Source: Chiloscyllium plagiosum (lineage: Eukaryota). From it: a stretch of 64,000 bases of DNA. Position numbers and translations under genes: made by a program. Within the stretch, counting starts at the first letter, position 1. Each line of letters opens with the position of its first letter. Below are positions 23,945-37,619 of the stretch, piece after piece. Where the stretch lies: NCBI RefSeq assembly GCF_004010195.1, contig NC_057750.1, positions 17,983,466-18,047,465 on the forward strand, written 5' to 3'. The notes beneath the pieces were generated by a model. That model saw only the letters and a program-made list of their open reading frames with translations, made no database searches and was not told where the DNA came from.

Positions 23945-26900
23945 TAACTGGCATTTAGATAGTGTCTTTAAGGTAACAAAAACTGCGCAAGGTGTTTCAC
24001 AGGACTGTTATTAAAAATTGCCACTGAACCACAAAAAAGACCAGATGACTAAACATTTGGTCAAAGAGATAGGTTTCAAGGAGCAGCTGAAAGTTGGACA
24101 CAGTGGGCTTTCCTTCCTTTATTGGTAGTGAGCAGGATGACCTCAGGCTGCAGTCTGATATTGATCAGCTGGTAAATTGGGCAGAGAAATGGCAGATGGA
24201 ATTTAATCCTGATAAGCATGAGATGGCACATTTTGGGAGGTCTAATACGAAATGATATACACAATGAATGGTAGGCCCCCTTGGGAGTACTGAAGAACAG
24301 TACCTGTCCATAGATCCCTGAAAGTGTCAGCACAAATAGATAGGAGTGGTGAATATGGGTTGCTTGCCTTCATTAGCCAAGGCATAGAATACAGGAGCAG
24401 GGAAGGTTTTACTGCAATTTTCTAAAACATTGGTTAGGCCACAGTATTCTGTGTTCAGTTCTGTCTGCCACACTATTTGAAGGGTGTGATCATACTGGAG
24501 AGTGGAGGAGAGTTGCCAGGGATGAAAAGTCCAGTTATGAGGAGAGACTGAATAAGTTAGGTTTGTGTTCCTTGAAGCAGAGGAGACTAAGTTTGGGGAT
24601 GGGTTGGGAGTAGGGTGTGGTGGTTTGAGTCTGATTGAGATATACAATATTTTAAGAGGCATATACAATGTAGATCATGAGAATCTTTCTCCCATGTCAG
24701 ATGTGTCTAAGACCATATGGCATAGGTTTAAGGTAAAGGCTAGAGGGGATCTGCAGAATATTTTTTCAACCAGAGGGCGGTAGAAACATGGAACATGCTG
24801 GCTGAGAGGGTGGTGGAGGCAGATACTCTCACAGCATTTAAGATGTTACCTTGACGTTGTACAGTACATTGGTGAGACTTATTCTGGAGTACTGTCTCCA
24901 ATTCTGGTCTTCCTGTTAGAGAAAGGGTATTAAGCAGCTGGAGAGAGATCAGAAGAGATTTGCCAGGGTGCTGCCAGGAATGCAGGATTTGAGATATAAA
25001 AGAGGGGCTGGGTAGGCTGGGAAGGCTGGGATTTTTTTCACTGCAGCGCAGGAGGTTGAGGATTGACCTTAAAAAGGTTTACAAAATAATTAAGGATATA
25101 GGTAAGGCAGGTGTCTTGTCCCTAGGGTGGGAGATTTCAAGACTAGGGGGTATATTTTTAAGATGAGAAGAGAAAGATTAAAAAAAGACATAAGGGGTAA
25201 TTTTTGTTTTAAACACAGTTGTTGGTGTGTGGAATGAACTTCCAGAGGAAGTGCTGGATGCAGGTACAGTTATAACATTTAAAAGACATTTCGATAAGCA
25301 TATGTTTGGAGGGATATTGACCAAGTGTAGACAGATGGGACTAGTTTATTGAATCAAAGGATCTGTTACCATGTTGTATTACTCTGTAAGCATCTAAACA
25401 ACCAATTAAAATGCTAGGGCATAGTAGGCTGTGGACAAGTGCTACCCTCTATCAAAAACTTGCCTCTCGACTCCTTTAAACTTTCTCCCTTTTACCTTAA
25501 ACCTGTTTCCTTTGCTAACTGATATTTCTATCCTGGGTAAAAGACTTGATTATCTATTCTATTCATGCCTCTCAGTTGTGTAAATTTCTATCAGGTTTCC
25601 TCTCAGCCTCTGATGTTCAAATGAAAACAAACCAAGTCTCTAAATCTCTCCTCATGGCTATTACCCTCTAAACCTGACAACATAATCTGGTAAATCTTTT
25701 CTGTACTCTCTCCAAAGCCTCCACGTCTTTCTAATTGTGTGACAACCATAACTGTACACATTATTCCAAATATGCCGAAGTAAAGCTGTATACAGCTGCA
25801 ATATTACTTGCCAATGTTGAGACTATATGCACTGACCGATGAAGGCAAGTGTGACATATGTCTTCTTGACTACCTTATTCATTCATGTTGCCACTTTTAG
25901 GGAACTGTGGATCCCTCTAGTTGCTGATGCAACTAAGGGTTCTGCCATTTATCGTACACTTCCCTCCTGCATTAGATCTTCCAAAATGCAACACCTTGCA
26001 TTTGTCCAGACTAAACTCCATCTGCCACTTTTTTTTGCTGAAGGCTCCAGCCTATCTATATCCTACTGTCTCCTCTGGCAATCCTTCTATCTGCAGCTCC
26101 CCAATCTGTGTTGTATCCAGACTTATAATCAAGCCTCCTCCAAATATTTTCTACATATTATAAACAACAGGGTGCCACCAATGATCACAGTTCTCCAGTA
26201 AGAAAACCATCCTTCTACCACTCGGTTTATGACTCAGCCAGTTTTTAAAAAATCCATTTTACCAGCTCACCATGGCTCCCATGTGAGTTCACCTTTTGCA
26301 TCAGCGTGCCATGATGTACTTGTCAAAAGACTTGTGAAAGACCATACGGACAACACCTACCACCCTGCTCTCAATCATTTTTGGCACTTGCTCAAAAGCA
26401 GATATCAAATTTGAGAGAATCTACCTTCTCTGCACAAAGCCATGCTGTCTGTCACTAGGAAATTCATATTATTCCAAATGTGTGTGCGTGTTGAAAAGCA
26501 TTAAGGTAGACAAGTTCCCAGAATGCAGGATACAGCAGGCAAGAAAATTGCTGGGGCCTTGAATGAAATCTTATAAGACGACACAGGAGAGATCCCATAG
26601 AACTGGACAATAGTCAACACAATAATAGTAACAAACAAGTCCGTATTTTCCAAATGTGAGTAAATTATAAGAATCTTCTCCCATAATTTCCCTACCACTG
26701 ACATAAGGCTCCCCAGCCTGTAATTTCCCAGTTTATCGCGGTTACCTCCTTAAACAGAAGGAGCAATGTTGGCTATTCTGCAGTCCTTGAGGACTTCTCC
26801 TGTGCCTTCATACAACACCCCAGCAATTTTCTCAACTGCATTTTTTGGCGTTCTAGATAGATCCTGGGGGCTTGTCTTAATATGTTTCAAAACACCCAAC

Positions 26901-27780
26901 ACCACCTCCTTTTTCACATCAACATGTCCTAGAATATCAACATACTCCTCAAGACTCACCATCCATCTTTGTGAATACCAATGTAAAGTATCGTTAAGGA
27001 TAGTACCCACTTCCTCTGGTTCTGTGTAAAAATTGCCTTTGTCCTCGAGTGGACATACTCTTTTCCCAGCCTCCCTCTCTCTCCTTGTGTATAAAATACT
27101 TTGTGATTTTCCTTAGTCTTGATTTGCAAAGACTTCTTAAGGCCCTTTTTAGCCCTTCTAATTCCTTGTTTGAGTTCTTTCCTATCTGTGTATTCTTCAA
27201 GGGCTCGGTCTTCAATTTCTTAAACATTAAATAGGCTTCCTTTCTCTTTTTGACACAGCTCTCAATGTGTCATCCAAGGATACTAAATCTTGCCATCCTT
27301 CTCCTTCACTTTCACAGGAACATGCTAGTCATTAAGTCAAATCAAATGACCAACGGTAGTTTGTTCTCTGACTCATGTCTAGACCACCAAAGGGCCTGTT
27401 TCAATGCTGTATGACTCTCTATATAGCACAGAGTTTTGTCAGCTGAAGAGGTGGCTGCCAGTTAAAATGGGGAACTGGCTGAAGTTAGATGGCGTCAGGC
27501 CTGAAACGTGAAATTAGTTTTGCTCTTCATAGATATAACCTCATCTGAGCATTTCCAGCATTTTCAGTTACTTTAGAATTAGACAAGTGTAAATATACAG
27601 GAAACTAGCAAAGCTGGAGGAGATTAAAGATAGAAAGGGGAAAGATTTAGATGGATTTAAGTAGAGAGATAAACATTTTAAAGGTAAGTTCAAAGCACTG
27701 CTTATCCAGGAGCCAACATAAATCAGTGAGTACAGAAGTGATGAGTGAATGGAACTTGATATTGGATCATTGGTTGGCAA
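23945..27780 (-). mobile_element. Old L2-type LINE 3' end (about 23945-24090 and 27425-27780) split by about 3.3 kb of stacked CR1 fragments
   Basis: The two outer pieces read as consecutive parts of one LINE 3' region; CR1 pieces at about 24095-24840 (+), 24845-25390 (+), 25450-27340 (-). Confidence 0.55.
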
Positions 27781-27849
27781 AAAAAATCTCAGGGACTATA
27801 TTTAAATTTTTTATACATTAGGAACATTTATTATTGTTTATGAAAGAAG

Positions 27850-28110
27850 GATTGGAAAAGTGGAATGTTGCACCTGTAAGATGTGGAAAGTCATGGACCC
27901 TACTAATGTCCTAGTTGACCACATATACAAGAGAGGCTTCCAGCTGCAGAAATTTGAGCTTCACATTTACAGTCCAAATGGCAACTGGAGACTCTGCAGC
28001 ATGCTCAAGAGGCTCAGAATTACAGAGACTGCAAGTTCAGAGAGACGGTCATACCACAGCTTAAGGGCCTGGGTGACTGTCAGGCAGTCCAAAAGAAATA
28101 AGCAGATGGA
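27850..28110 (+). mobile_element. CR1 ORF1 N-terminal zinc-finger fragment
   Basis: ECCTCKMW..DHIYKRGFQLQKFELHI resembles the CxxCxMW motif of CR1 ORF1. Confidence 0.6.
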
Positions 28111-29491
28111 ACAATCAACAAAATTGGTGACAAAATACTGGATCCCTTTATCCCAATCATTAATGTCAATTATAAATAGTTGAAGCACCAATACCGATAA
28201 TTGATTTTTAAAAATCCCAGTTTCATTTCTTGTGAGCTAGCTATCTTTCTAATATATTATCCAACACCATGAAATCTTAGCATGGGTTATGTGGACCCTT
28301 ATCAAGTATCTTGCAGAAGATTACACACACTACATCTGTTGGTTCCCTTTAATCTATCCTGCTTGTTACATCCTCAAAGAGCCCCAATAAAATTTGGCAA
28401 ACATGTTTTCCTTTTCATAAAAGGAAGTTGACTCTGTCCAAATATACTACGGGTTGAAATGTCTTGCTACTTGCGTAATAATGAATTCCAGCATTTGCCA
28501 ATGATATATTAAGTTGTGATCTATAGATTTCTACTTTCCTGTCTCCATTCTTTCTAGAACACAGGCTAGAAATTGGTGGATTAATTATTTGCAAATAATT
28601 TTTTTTGCTCATCTGATCCAATTTTGGTACCAGAACATTTTGGTCCTCTTTCTCTTGTCTCCAGGAAAGACTGGAGGGATTAAATCCTACCCCAACTCCT
28701 GGCTAAGTATAAAGCTACCTGTGCATCCCCTTACCACATCACCAAATCCTGGACACCCTTCTTCTAAATTCAGTCAAAAACACTTGACGAGTGATCATCT
28801 TATCACTTTCCATTCAACACACCACTTAGCTTACTAACTTTGATAGTCTCATAAATGAGGCTCTGGATCTTTAAGCCTTGGAATACTTGTTACTGCTGTT
28901 CAAACAAAAACGCAAGTTTTGACCTTGAGCACTGACCCTGCACTGATCAGACCAATCAGACATCAAGGCCAGAAAAGTGGGGTTCCAGTGGAGGGCGAGT
29001 TAAAAAGAGTGAAGTGGTAATCCGACTGGGATTGCCTCTTCTCGGAAGATTTGACTCATGTTTAGAAACTATAGGTGCTGCATTTGTCCATATTTATTAC
29101 TACATGATCGTTACATATTTGATTACACAAGTCTGCATAGGAATGTTTGATGCAAGTCACACTGCAATTCAGCCTTTGAACTTCAAACATCTTCAGAGTT
29201 TAGAGACAGGCCCTTTAGCCTAACTCATCCATGCCGACCAGGTTTCGTAAACTGTACTTGTCTCATTTGCCTGTATTTGGCCCACATCCCTCAATTTTTT
29301 TTTTTGAGTTCTTAAGTTTCTTGATCAGTAAGATTACAACTCATGCATCCAACATCTTTGTAGCCAATTCGAAGACCTTAGGATGCAGTAGTATAGATTT
29401 TTGTAAAGCATTATTATCCTCTGTAAAATTAGTGAAAACATGGGATTGAAAAAAAAGTTTTATTCCATATGTGAAGACTTGTAATCCTTAC

Positions 29492-29567
29492 TTTGAGCAG
29501 GATCCCATCTTCACTCTGTGAACCTTTGAAACATTTCTTTTGTTTCCCACTGCCGATGGTAAAAACC
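29492..29567 (-). CDS. WDR62: Coding exon 10 of 15 (76 nt)
   Basis: ttgcag|G..AAA|gtaagg; [25 protein letters not shown]; phase 2/0. Confidence 0.95.
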
Positions 29568-30919
29568 CTGCAATGTCAACATAAAAAGTAGTTTAATTTT
29601 AGTAAAAGGAATCAGATAAAATACATTCTCTTCTTTCCTTTTCATTCCTTCATTTTGGACTACTGGGAATAATTTCATGGCCACTTATATGTAAGTAGTG
29701 TCAAGACAGAACTTCAAATAACAACACCTACCAATGTTATTTGCATTTCTAACTTCAAAGATTGACTGAATTCTGCCCGCCATTATTGCAGTAAAGAATT
29801 GAAGGATAATTATTGAGAATAGGAAGTCGGGTTCATCTTTCCACTGTTCTGAACGGAGTTCTGAAGAAGGGTTACTGGATCTAAAACATAACTGTTTTCT
29901 CTCCACAGATACTACCAGAGCTGCTGGGTTTTTTCAACTATTTTTCATTGCTTCTTTACTTTTTTGTTTTCAGCTTTCCCCTCCCCAGTCTTGTAGTCAG
30001 AATCCAATTCTACTATAACCCTAGCCAAGATCAGCAAAAAAGAATCATCACACCTTCGATCTTCCTCGTCTGCACAATTCAACTGTTAACTAATTAAATT
30101 CAAAAGGTAGATAAGCAAGAGTGAAGTAACATCCAATAGTCCTTAATACATTTTACATTTATACAGCACAATGTTCTGTCGTGAGTCAATCAAGTAATTC
30201 TGCTCACAAAATAACATTTTGCTACTAAAATCAGTGATACTTCACTTATCCATAATGTAATTAGAACAAACAGCAATTCCTCAGTTTCCATCCTTATAAT
30301 CAGTCAAAAATTAGGGATGACGGGGTTGGGAAGATGTTGAGAGAAGAACCACCAAAGAAGGAAACAATGTTTGCTAACAGACAGAAAGTGATGTCAAACT
30401 AATCCTGGCAACCCTAGACTTGGCAGGTCACATGCTTATGTTTGCCATATGGAAAGCAGTGCACAGAAGAAAATTGCAGAATACCATACATGGACAAGAT
30501 ATAAACTACAGGCTCATTAATGATATACTTGTATTCTATATTAATAGAATGCACTGCACTTGTACATCCAGATCAGATCCCTCCTCACTCTAAATGGGAT
30601 TAATATCCAAACTACTTTCCAAAATGAGCTATGGAAAAATTTATTTCTAGGTTAATTCACTCTTCACTTTGATTCTAATTTGAAAGTGGTTAGATGTCGT
30701 TAATACCATGTTTAAAAACCTCAGGATTTACGCTGAAATTATATAATACGAGAGGGTGATAAGAAACCAGGTGAATGCCAATATAGATCAGATACTAAAT
30801 GTAACCTGCAGCTTTACATCTAATAAAGGGTAAGGCAGAGAATCTAATTGAACTCATGACTTTACGTCAGCAAGGGGATGGGGACTGGAAACTGAGCTCT
30901 GCCTTTCCGGTTTTTTATT

Positions 30920-32760
30920 AATTCATTTTGTGGGATGTGGGCATTGTTGGTTGGCAAGAATTTTTTGCCCATCACTAGTTGCCCTTGAGAAGGTGGTGGT
31001 GAGCTGCATTCTTGAACCACTGCAGTCCACCTGCTGTGGGTTGACCCACAATGCCATTAGGGAGGGAATTCCAGAATTTTGACTCAGCTACAGTGAAGGA
31101 ACAGCGATATATTTCCATGTCAGGATTGTGAGTGACTCAGAGGTGAACCTGAAGGTGGGTGGGCTCCCATATATCTGCTACCCCTGTCCTTCTAGATGGA
31201 AGTGCTCATGGGGCTTAGAAGGTGTTGTCTGAAGATATGTGGTGAATTTCTGCAATGCATCTTGTAGGTAGTACACACTACTGCTACTGAGCATCGGTGG
31301 AGGGGGGAATTGATGCTTGTGCATGTAGTGACAACAGGCGGGCTGCTTGATCTTGGAGGGTGTCAAGCTTCTTGAGTGCTGTTGGGGTTGCATTCATCCA
31401 GGCAAAAATGGGGAGTATCCCAGCACACTTCTGACCTATAGATGATGGACAGGCTTTGAGGAGTCAGGAGGTGAGTTACTTGCTGCAGCATTCCTAGCCT
31501 CTGATCTGCTCTTGCAGCCATTGTGTTTATGTGGTGAGTCCCAAAGAATTTCTGGTTAATGTTAAAACCCAGGATGTCGATAGTTGGAGATTCAGTGATG
31601 GTAACACCACTGAATATCAAGGGTGGTGCTTAGATTGTCTCTAATTCATGATGGTCATAGCCTGGCATTTGTGGCAGGGTGGCACAGTGGTTAGCACTTC
31701 TGCCTCACAGCACCAGGGTCCCAGGTTCAATTTCAGCCTCGGGTGACTGTCTGTGTGGAGTTTGCACACATTCTTCCTGTGCCTGCGTGGGTTTCCTCTG
31801 TGTGCTCCGGTCTCCTCCCACAGTCCAAAGATATGCAGGTCAGGTGAACTGGCCATGCTAAATTGCCCACAGTGTTAGGTGCATTAGTCAGAGGGAAATG
31901 GGTCTGGGTGGGTTACTCTTCGGAGGGTTGGTATGGGCTAGCTGGGCCGAAGGGCCTGTTTCCACACTGTAGGGAATCTAATCTAATCTAATCTAATCTT
32001 ATCTTGTGTGGCACGAATGTTACTTACCATTTGTCAGCCTAAGCCTGGATTTTGTCGACATCTTGCTGCACTTGGACACTGACTGATTCAGAATCTGAGG
32101 AGTCGTGAATGGTACTGAACATTGTACAGTCATCAGCAAAGATCCCTACTTCTGACCTTATGATGGAGGGAAGGTCACTGATGAAGCAGCTGACGATGGT
32201 TGGGCCGAGGACACTACCCTGAGGAATTCCTGCATGGATGTGCTGGAGTGGAGATGACTGACCTCCAATAACCACGACCATCTCCCTCTACATCAGGTAT
32301 GACTCCAACCACTAGAGAGTTTGTCCCCTGATACTCATTGATGCCAGTTCTGCTAGGGCTCGTTGAAGCCACACTGTCAAATACAGCCTTGATGTCAAAG
32401 GCTGTCACTCTCACCTCTGGAATTTAGCTCTTTATCCATGTTTGAACCAAGATTGTAAGGAGGTTCAGAGCTGAGTGGCACTGGTGGAACACAAACAGGG
32501 CATTACTGAGCAAGTTACTGCTGAGCGGGTGCTGCTTGATAGCATTGTTCCATCAGCTTATTGATGATTGACAGTAGAGTGATGGGGCGGTAATTGGCCA
32601 GATTGGATTTGTCCTGCTTTTCATATACAGGACATATTTGGGCAGTTTTCAACATTGTCAGGTAGATAACAATGTTGTCACTGTACTGGAACATTTTGGC
32701 CAGGGGAGTGCATAGTTCTGGAGCACAAGTCTTCAGTATTATTGCTGGAATGTTGTCAGT
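30920..32760 (-). mobile_element. CR1-group LINE (family C) RT plus 3' end, with nested HE1-like SINE
   Basis: [31 protein letters not shown]; further fragments at about 8577-9460, 33900-34960, 44930-45430 (-) and 52130-52495 (+). Confidence 0.85.
31671..32004 (+). mobile_element. HE1-like V-SINE
   Basis: Head, V-domain and extended (AATCT)n tail. Confidence 0.92.
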
Positions 32761-33090
32761 TACAGATGGTATAGGGCAGGGTAAAACTGAAGGACAGATA
32801 AGTAGGTGGATAATGTTCTCAACACACTGGAACAGCAACATTTTCTTAAACTTTTCAAGACACTAAGTAAATTGACACTTGTGCTTTTATAGTCACCAGA
32901 CATACTTCACCTAATCATTAACACTCAAAATACTAAATTAATTTTTACTCTAGGTCATACAATTTGACTTGAGAAATGCTTGATGCATGACTGAATAACA
33001 AAAACAGAAGGGCTTCAATCTCAAAAACTAAGATTCTCACTTTGAAAGAGAGACCATGTATCCCTTCCCCACCAAAGGAAGAAAACATAC

Positions 33091-33212
33091 CTAATATTTC
33101 TGTCCTGGCAGCCAATAGCTACATATTTCCGCATGATATCAATATCCATGTCGTATAATGATGTTTTTCCAACTACATGGTGAGTTCGTGTAAACTGAAT
33201 TCCATCAACGGA
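33091..33212 (-). CDS. WDR62: Coding exon 9 of 15 (122 nt)
   Basis: tggcag|TCC..ATTAG|gtatgt; [40 protein letters not shown](R); phase 0/2. Confidence 0.95.
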
Positions 33213-35389
33213 CTGCCAAAAGAAAATTTATATTGCCTGAAAGACAAGTTCAAGTACTAGGATCTCTCAAGACCATTGCTCTGTAAAGATTTGGATTACA
33301 AACCATTCCTGTAGATAAGAAAAATAATTACCCCCAGCAAAAAGTTTGTGGGAGAGAGGAACAGCATGTAAACAAACAAACATGAGACACAATAATTTTT
33401 CATTTATTAAAAAAAGACTTGCAGCTCTGTGCAACCATCAAGAGCAATACCAAAAATCAGTTTCGTGTGTGGAGATTAAGCTATTATCCAACAAATGAGT
33501 CATCTGTTTTTGCTGAAAGCAGAACCATTTCGTAAAAAGCCCTCAAAGTTTTCTACCAAGTATCCCACTATTAGCTGAATTAATATTTGATAGGACAGAA
33601 TGAGTTTTAAATATCAGTTGCAAAAATTTAAAACAATCTGCAAGAGTGGTGGAACTTGGCGGTGTTGGGGGTATTAATCTTATCTTGGAGTATGTTATTT
33701 AAATGGAATGCTTTGGGCACAGAGAGATCTGAGCATTTTCAACATGTAGCACAAGTAGTTACTATTCAGGGAAAGTAATCAAGTCAAATAGAATTTTAGC
33801 ATTTATTGCAAGGTGGCTGGAATATAAATGCAGTTTAAGTCAGATTCAAAGAAAGTGCCACTGGACTTAAACAAAGAGCTTCTCTCTGCTGTTTAAAAAC
33901 AAAATTCACTCTCAGAGGATGGGTGTTGCTGGCTGACCAGGATTGATCACCCATCCCTAACTGACCTTGTGAAGAGGGTACTGAGCTGCTTTGTTGAAGC
34001 ATTGCAATCCATGTGCTGCAGGTAGAACCAGAGAACGTCCTTTGGAGGAAATTCCAGGATTTTGATCCAGTGGAATGAAGGGACAGCATCGTGTTTCCAA
34101 GTCAGAATAGTGAGTGGATTTGAGGGGAAGATGGTGGTGTTCTCATGTATCCATTGCCCTTGTCCTTCGAGACAGAAGTGGTCATAGGTTTGGAATTGGT
34201 GAATTTATGCAATGCACCTTGTGGATAACACACACTACAGCTACTGAGCTTTGGAGGAGGAATGGATGCTTCTGGAGTTAGTGGCAATCAAACGGGTTGC
34301 TGAGTCCTGGATGATGTCAAGCTTCCAGAGTTGTTGAAGCTGCACTTATTCAAGCAAGTGGGGAGTATTTCATCACATTCCTAACTTGTGTCTTGTAGGT
34401 GGTGAGCAGTTTTGAGGAGTCATGAAGTGAGTTACTCAGTGAAGGATTCCCAGCATCTGACCTACCCTTGTAGCCAATGTTTATATGGAGAATTCAGTTG
34501 AGTGTCTGGTCAATAGTAACTCCCAGGATGTTGACAGGAGGGGACTCCGTAATGGTAACACCATTAAATGTCAAGAGGCAGCGGTTAGACTGTCTCTTAT
34601 TGGAGTTGTTGATTGCCCACCATTTGGATGGTATGACTGTTACTTGCCACTTGTCAGCCTAAGCATTGATATTGTCCCGATCTTATTGTACTCAAACACT
34701 AACTGCTTTGGTACCCGAAGAGTTATGAATGGAGCTAGTCAAGTTATTATGCAATCAGTGAACATACCAACTTCTTTGTGGGTGGGGGAGAGGAGAATTG
34801 AAGCAGCTGAAGACTGTTTGGTCTGTGACACTATCCTGATGATCTCCTGCAGAGATTTCCTGAAGCTGAAAATGACTGATCTCCAATAACCACACCATCT
34901 TCCTATATGCCTCCGATCACCAGAGTTTATCTTCTGAATCCCATTGATTCAAGTTTTGCAAGGGCATGTATTACTCAAACCTGTTAAGCATTTCAAGTAT
35001 CCTGTTTCTATTTCAAATTTTGTTAAAACCGTGTGGTCTTTGGCAGGACCGAGGGTAGTACTGCTTACTGTTTTGGTCTCCTCGAGGGACATTTTTTGCA
35101 TTAGAAACTTTTCACCAAACGTTCACTTGGTTGATTTCCTGGGTTACAGGTTTTGAGGAAAGGTTGATTAGGTTGGATTAACTTCAGAGGAACAAAAATG
35201 TGTTTTAACTGAAACAAGACTCTGAAGGTGTTTGGCAGCCTAAATACCATTCTGGAATCTCTTAAAGGAGGGCACATTTTAACACTAAGACAAAGAAGAA
35301 TTTCTTCAAGAGTCAGGTATCTTTGAAGCTTTCTACTCAAAGATCACAGACACTGCTGTCCCTAGTTGCTTGCTATTTTGATTTACTAT

Positions 35390-36130
35390 TGTCATGTGTA
35401 CCTAGCGAAAAGTTGTTTTGCGTCCAGCACAGGCGATTGCATCATACAATGTGCATTAGGGTAATAGAACAGAGCGAGGAATAGAATGTTACAGCTGCAG
35501 AGAAGGTGCACAAAGAGTGAGGTCAAAATTAAATTTAAAACTTGAGGGGTCCATTCAGAAGTCTAATATCAGCGTGGAAGAAGCTGTTCTTGAAACTGTT
35601 GGTCTGTGTGTTTAAGCTTGTGTATCCTCTGTCTGACGGAAGGGGTTGGAAGAGATTATAACCAGTGTGGGTGGACTCTTTGATTATGTCGTCTGCTTTT
35701 GAGGCAGAAAGTATAGTTGGACTCAATGGATGGAAGGTTGGCTTGAGAGATGGACTGGGCTGTATTCACCACTCTGCAGTTTCTTGCATTACTGGGCAGA
35801 GCAGCTGCCATTCCAAGTTGTGATGCATCTGGATAAGAATGTTTTCTATGGTGCATCTGTAAAAATTGGTAAGAGTTTTTACGGATATGCCAAATTTCCT
35901 TAGTCTCTTCAGGAAGTAGAGGTGTTGTTGTGCTTTCTTGACCATCACATCAATGTGGGTGGACCAGTACAGGTTGATGGTGACCGTCACTCTGAGGGAC
36001 ACTCTCAACCATCTCCATCTCAGCTCCACTGACATAGCTAAGTGTGTGCCTTCCACCTTGTTTACTGAAGTCAATGACCAGCTCTATCGCTTTGCTGATG
36101 TTAAGGGAGAGATTGGTATTTTCACACCAA
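35390..36130 (-). mobile_element. Rex1/Babar-type LINE 3' fragment
   Basis: HIDVMVKKAQQHLYFLKRLRKFG..LTNFYRCTIENIL and FKNSFF..IRLLN. Confidence 0.8.
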
Positions 36131-37485
36131 GCACTCTCTCTTTCCTGTGTTCTGTATTTAAATAAACCACCTTGCTCTCATTTCTGTTCTTGGCCTGCCA
36201 ATGAAGCCCAATGCAAGCTGGACGAACAATACCTCATCTTCCACTTAGGAACGTTACAGCCTCTAGGATTCGATATAGAGTTCCACAACTTCAGAGTATG
36301 ACATCTGATCTTTGTTTTTGTTATATTCCTGGCAGCATCTTATTGGCTTTGTTTTCACACCTAACAATTACACTTATATTACATATCAATCTCTGCTTTA
36401 CTACTATTAATACTGACTTGGTCTTTATCAAGAGTGTGGTACTGGAAAAGCACAGCAGGTCAGGCAGCATTCGAGGAGCAGGAGAATCTATGGTTCCGGC
36501 ATAAGCACTTCATCAGATTCGGTCTTTGCTCTGGGAACCCTCAATCTTGCTTCTCCACCTGAGAAAATTGTGGTTTTTTTCTGCTGTTGGCTAGGTCCTT
36601 TCAGTTCCAAAGAACAGTTAAACTGGACTTGAAACATGAATTCTGTTTGTCTCCACAGATGCTGCCAGACTGGAGTTTCTCCAACAGATCGTTATTTCAG
36701 ATTTTTAGCATCCACATAATTTGCTTTCATTTAAAATAGATTGAGGATCAGACAGGAAATTGCCTCAGCTCCAAAGATCAGATCAGGATCGATCTTACTG
36801 AGCGGTGGTGTAGCTTCAGAGCCCACGTGTGGTACTGTATTCTCTTGCTCTTATTTATGTTGTGGCAAAAGGAGCAACCATGATGAGGAATATTATTTTC
36901 AGAATACTGATCATATGTAAGGAGGGAGATTCAAATAGTCTTTTAAAGTGAATTGGATAATTATACAAAGAGAACATATTTGCAAGACTGTGGGACAAAA
37001 ATGGGACCAGATAGGTTGTTCTTGAAGACAGGCAGCAAGGATACAAGCCAAATGGTTTCTTTTGAGCTGTAACCATTCTATACTTTCAGAGCTACACTGG
37101 CAGAGAACTAGAAAAGTTCATTTGTACGTGAAATCAAGGTTAGGAGAAGAGAAGAGGTTGAAAACAAAAAAGGGTGAAAATATAGTGGGTTAAGCAACAT
37201 ATTTCTCAGTAACACTCAACATAATGAATTTTCCAACTCAGGCCAGATTCTGAATAAAATAAAAAAAATCAAATGGACTTTACTCAGGATAATACCACAA
37301 TGTAACCATTTGTGGAATTTCAACCAGGTAAATTAATTCAGTAATGGGGTCATTACACTGAATGTAAATGATGTTTCAGGCTACCTTGAGAGGAGGTAAG
37401 TTGCCATAAAAATAAAAAAAGCAAATAGATAGGAAGTTTAAGTGAAGCAACACAAAAATGTTGGGACTTAAAGTGAGTGTTTTAC

Positions 37486-37553
37486 CTTTTGTGCCGTACG
37501 GAAATAGATACTTTTATCAACACCACAGCTAACCATTTTGACATTATCGTTTG
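37486..37553 (-). CDS. WDR62: Coding exon 8 of 15 (68 nt)
   Basis: ttttag|CA..AAG|gtaaaa; (A)NDNVKMVSCGVDKSIYFRTAQK; phase 1/0. Confidence 0.93.
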
Positions 37554-37619
37554 CTAAAAAAAAGGGAGAATAAAAGGAGTAATTCAGATTAAAGATGTTA
37601 AATTCCAAACCCATTGTTC

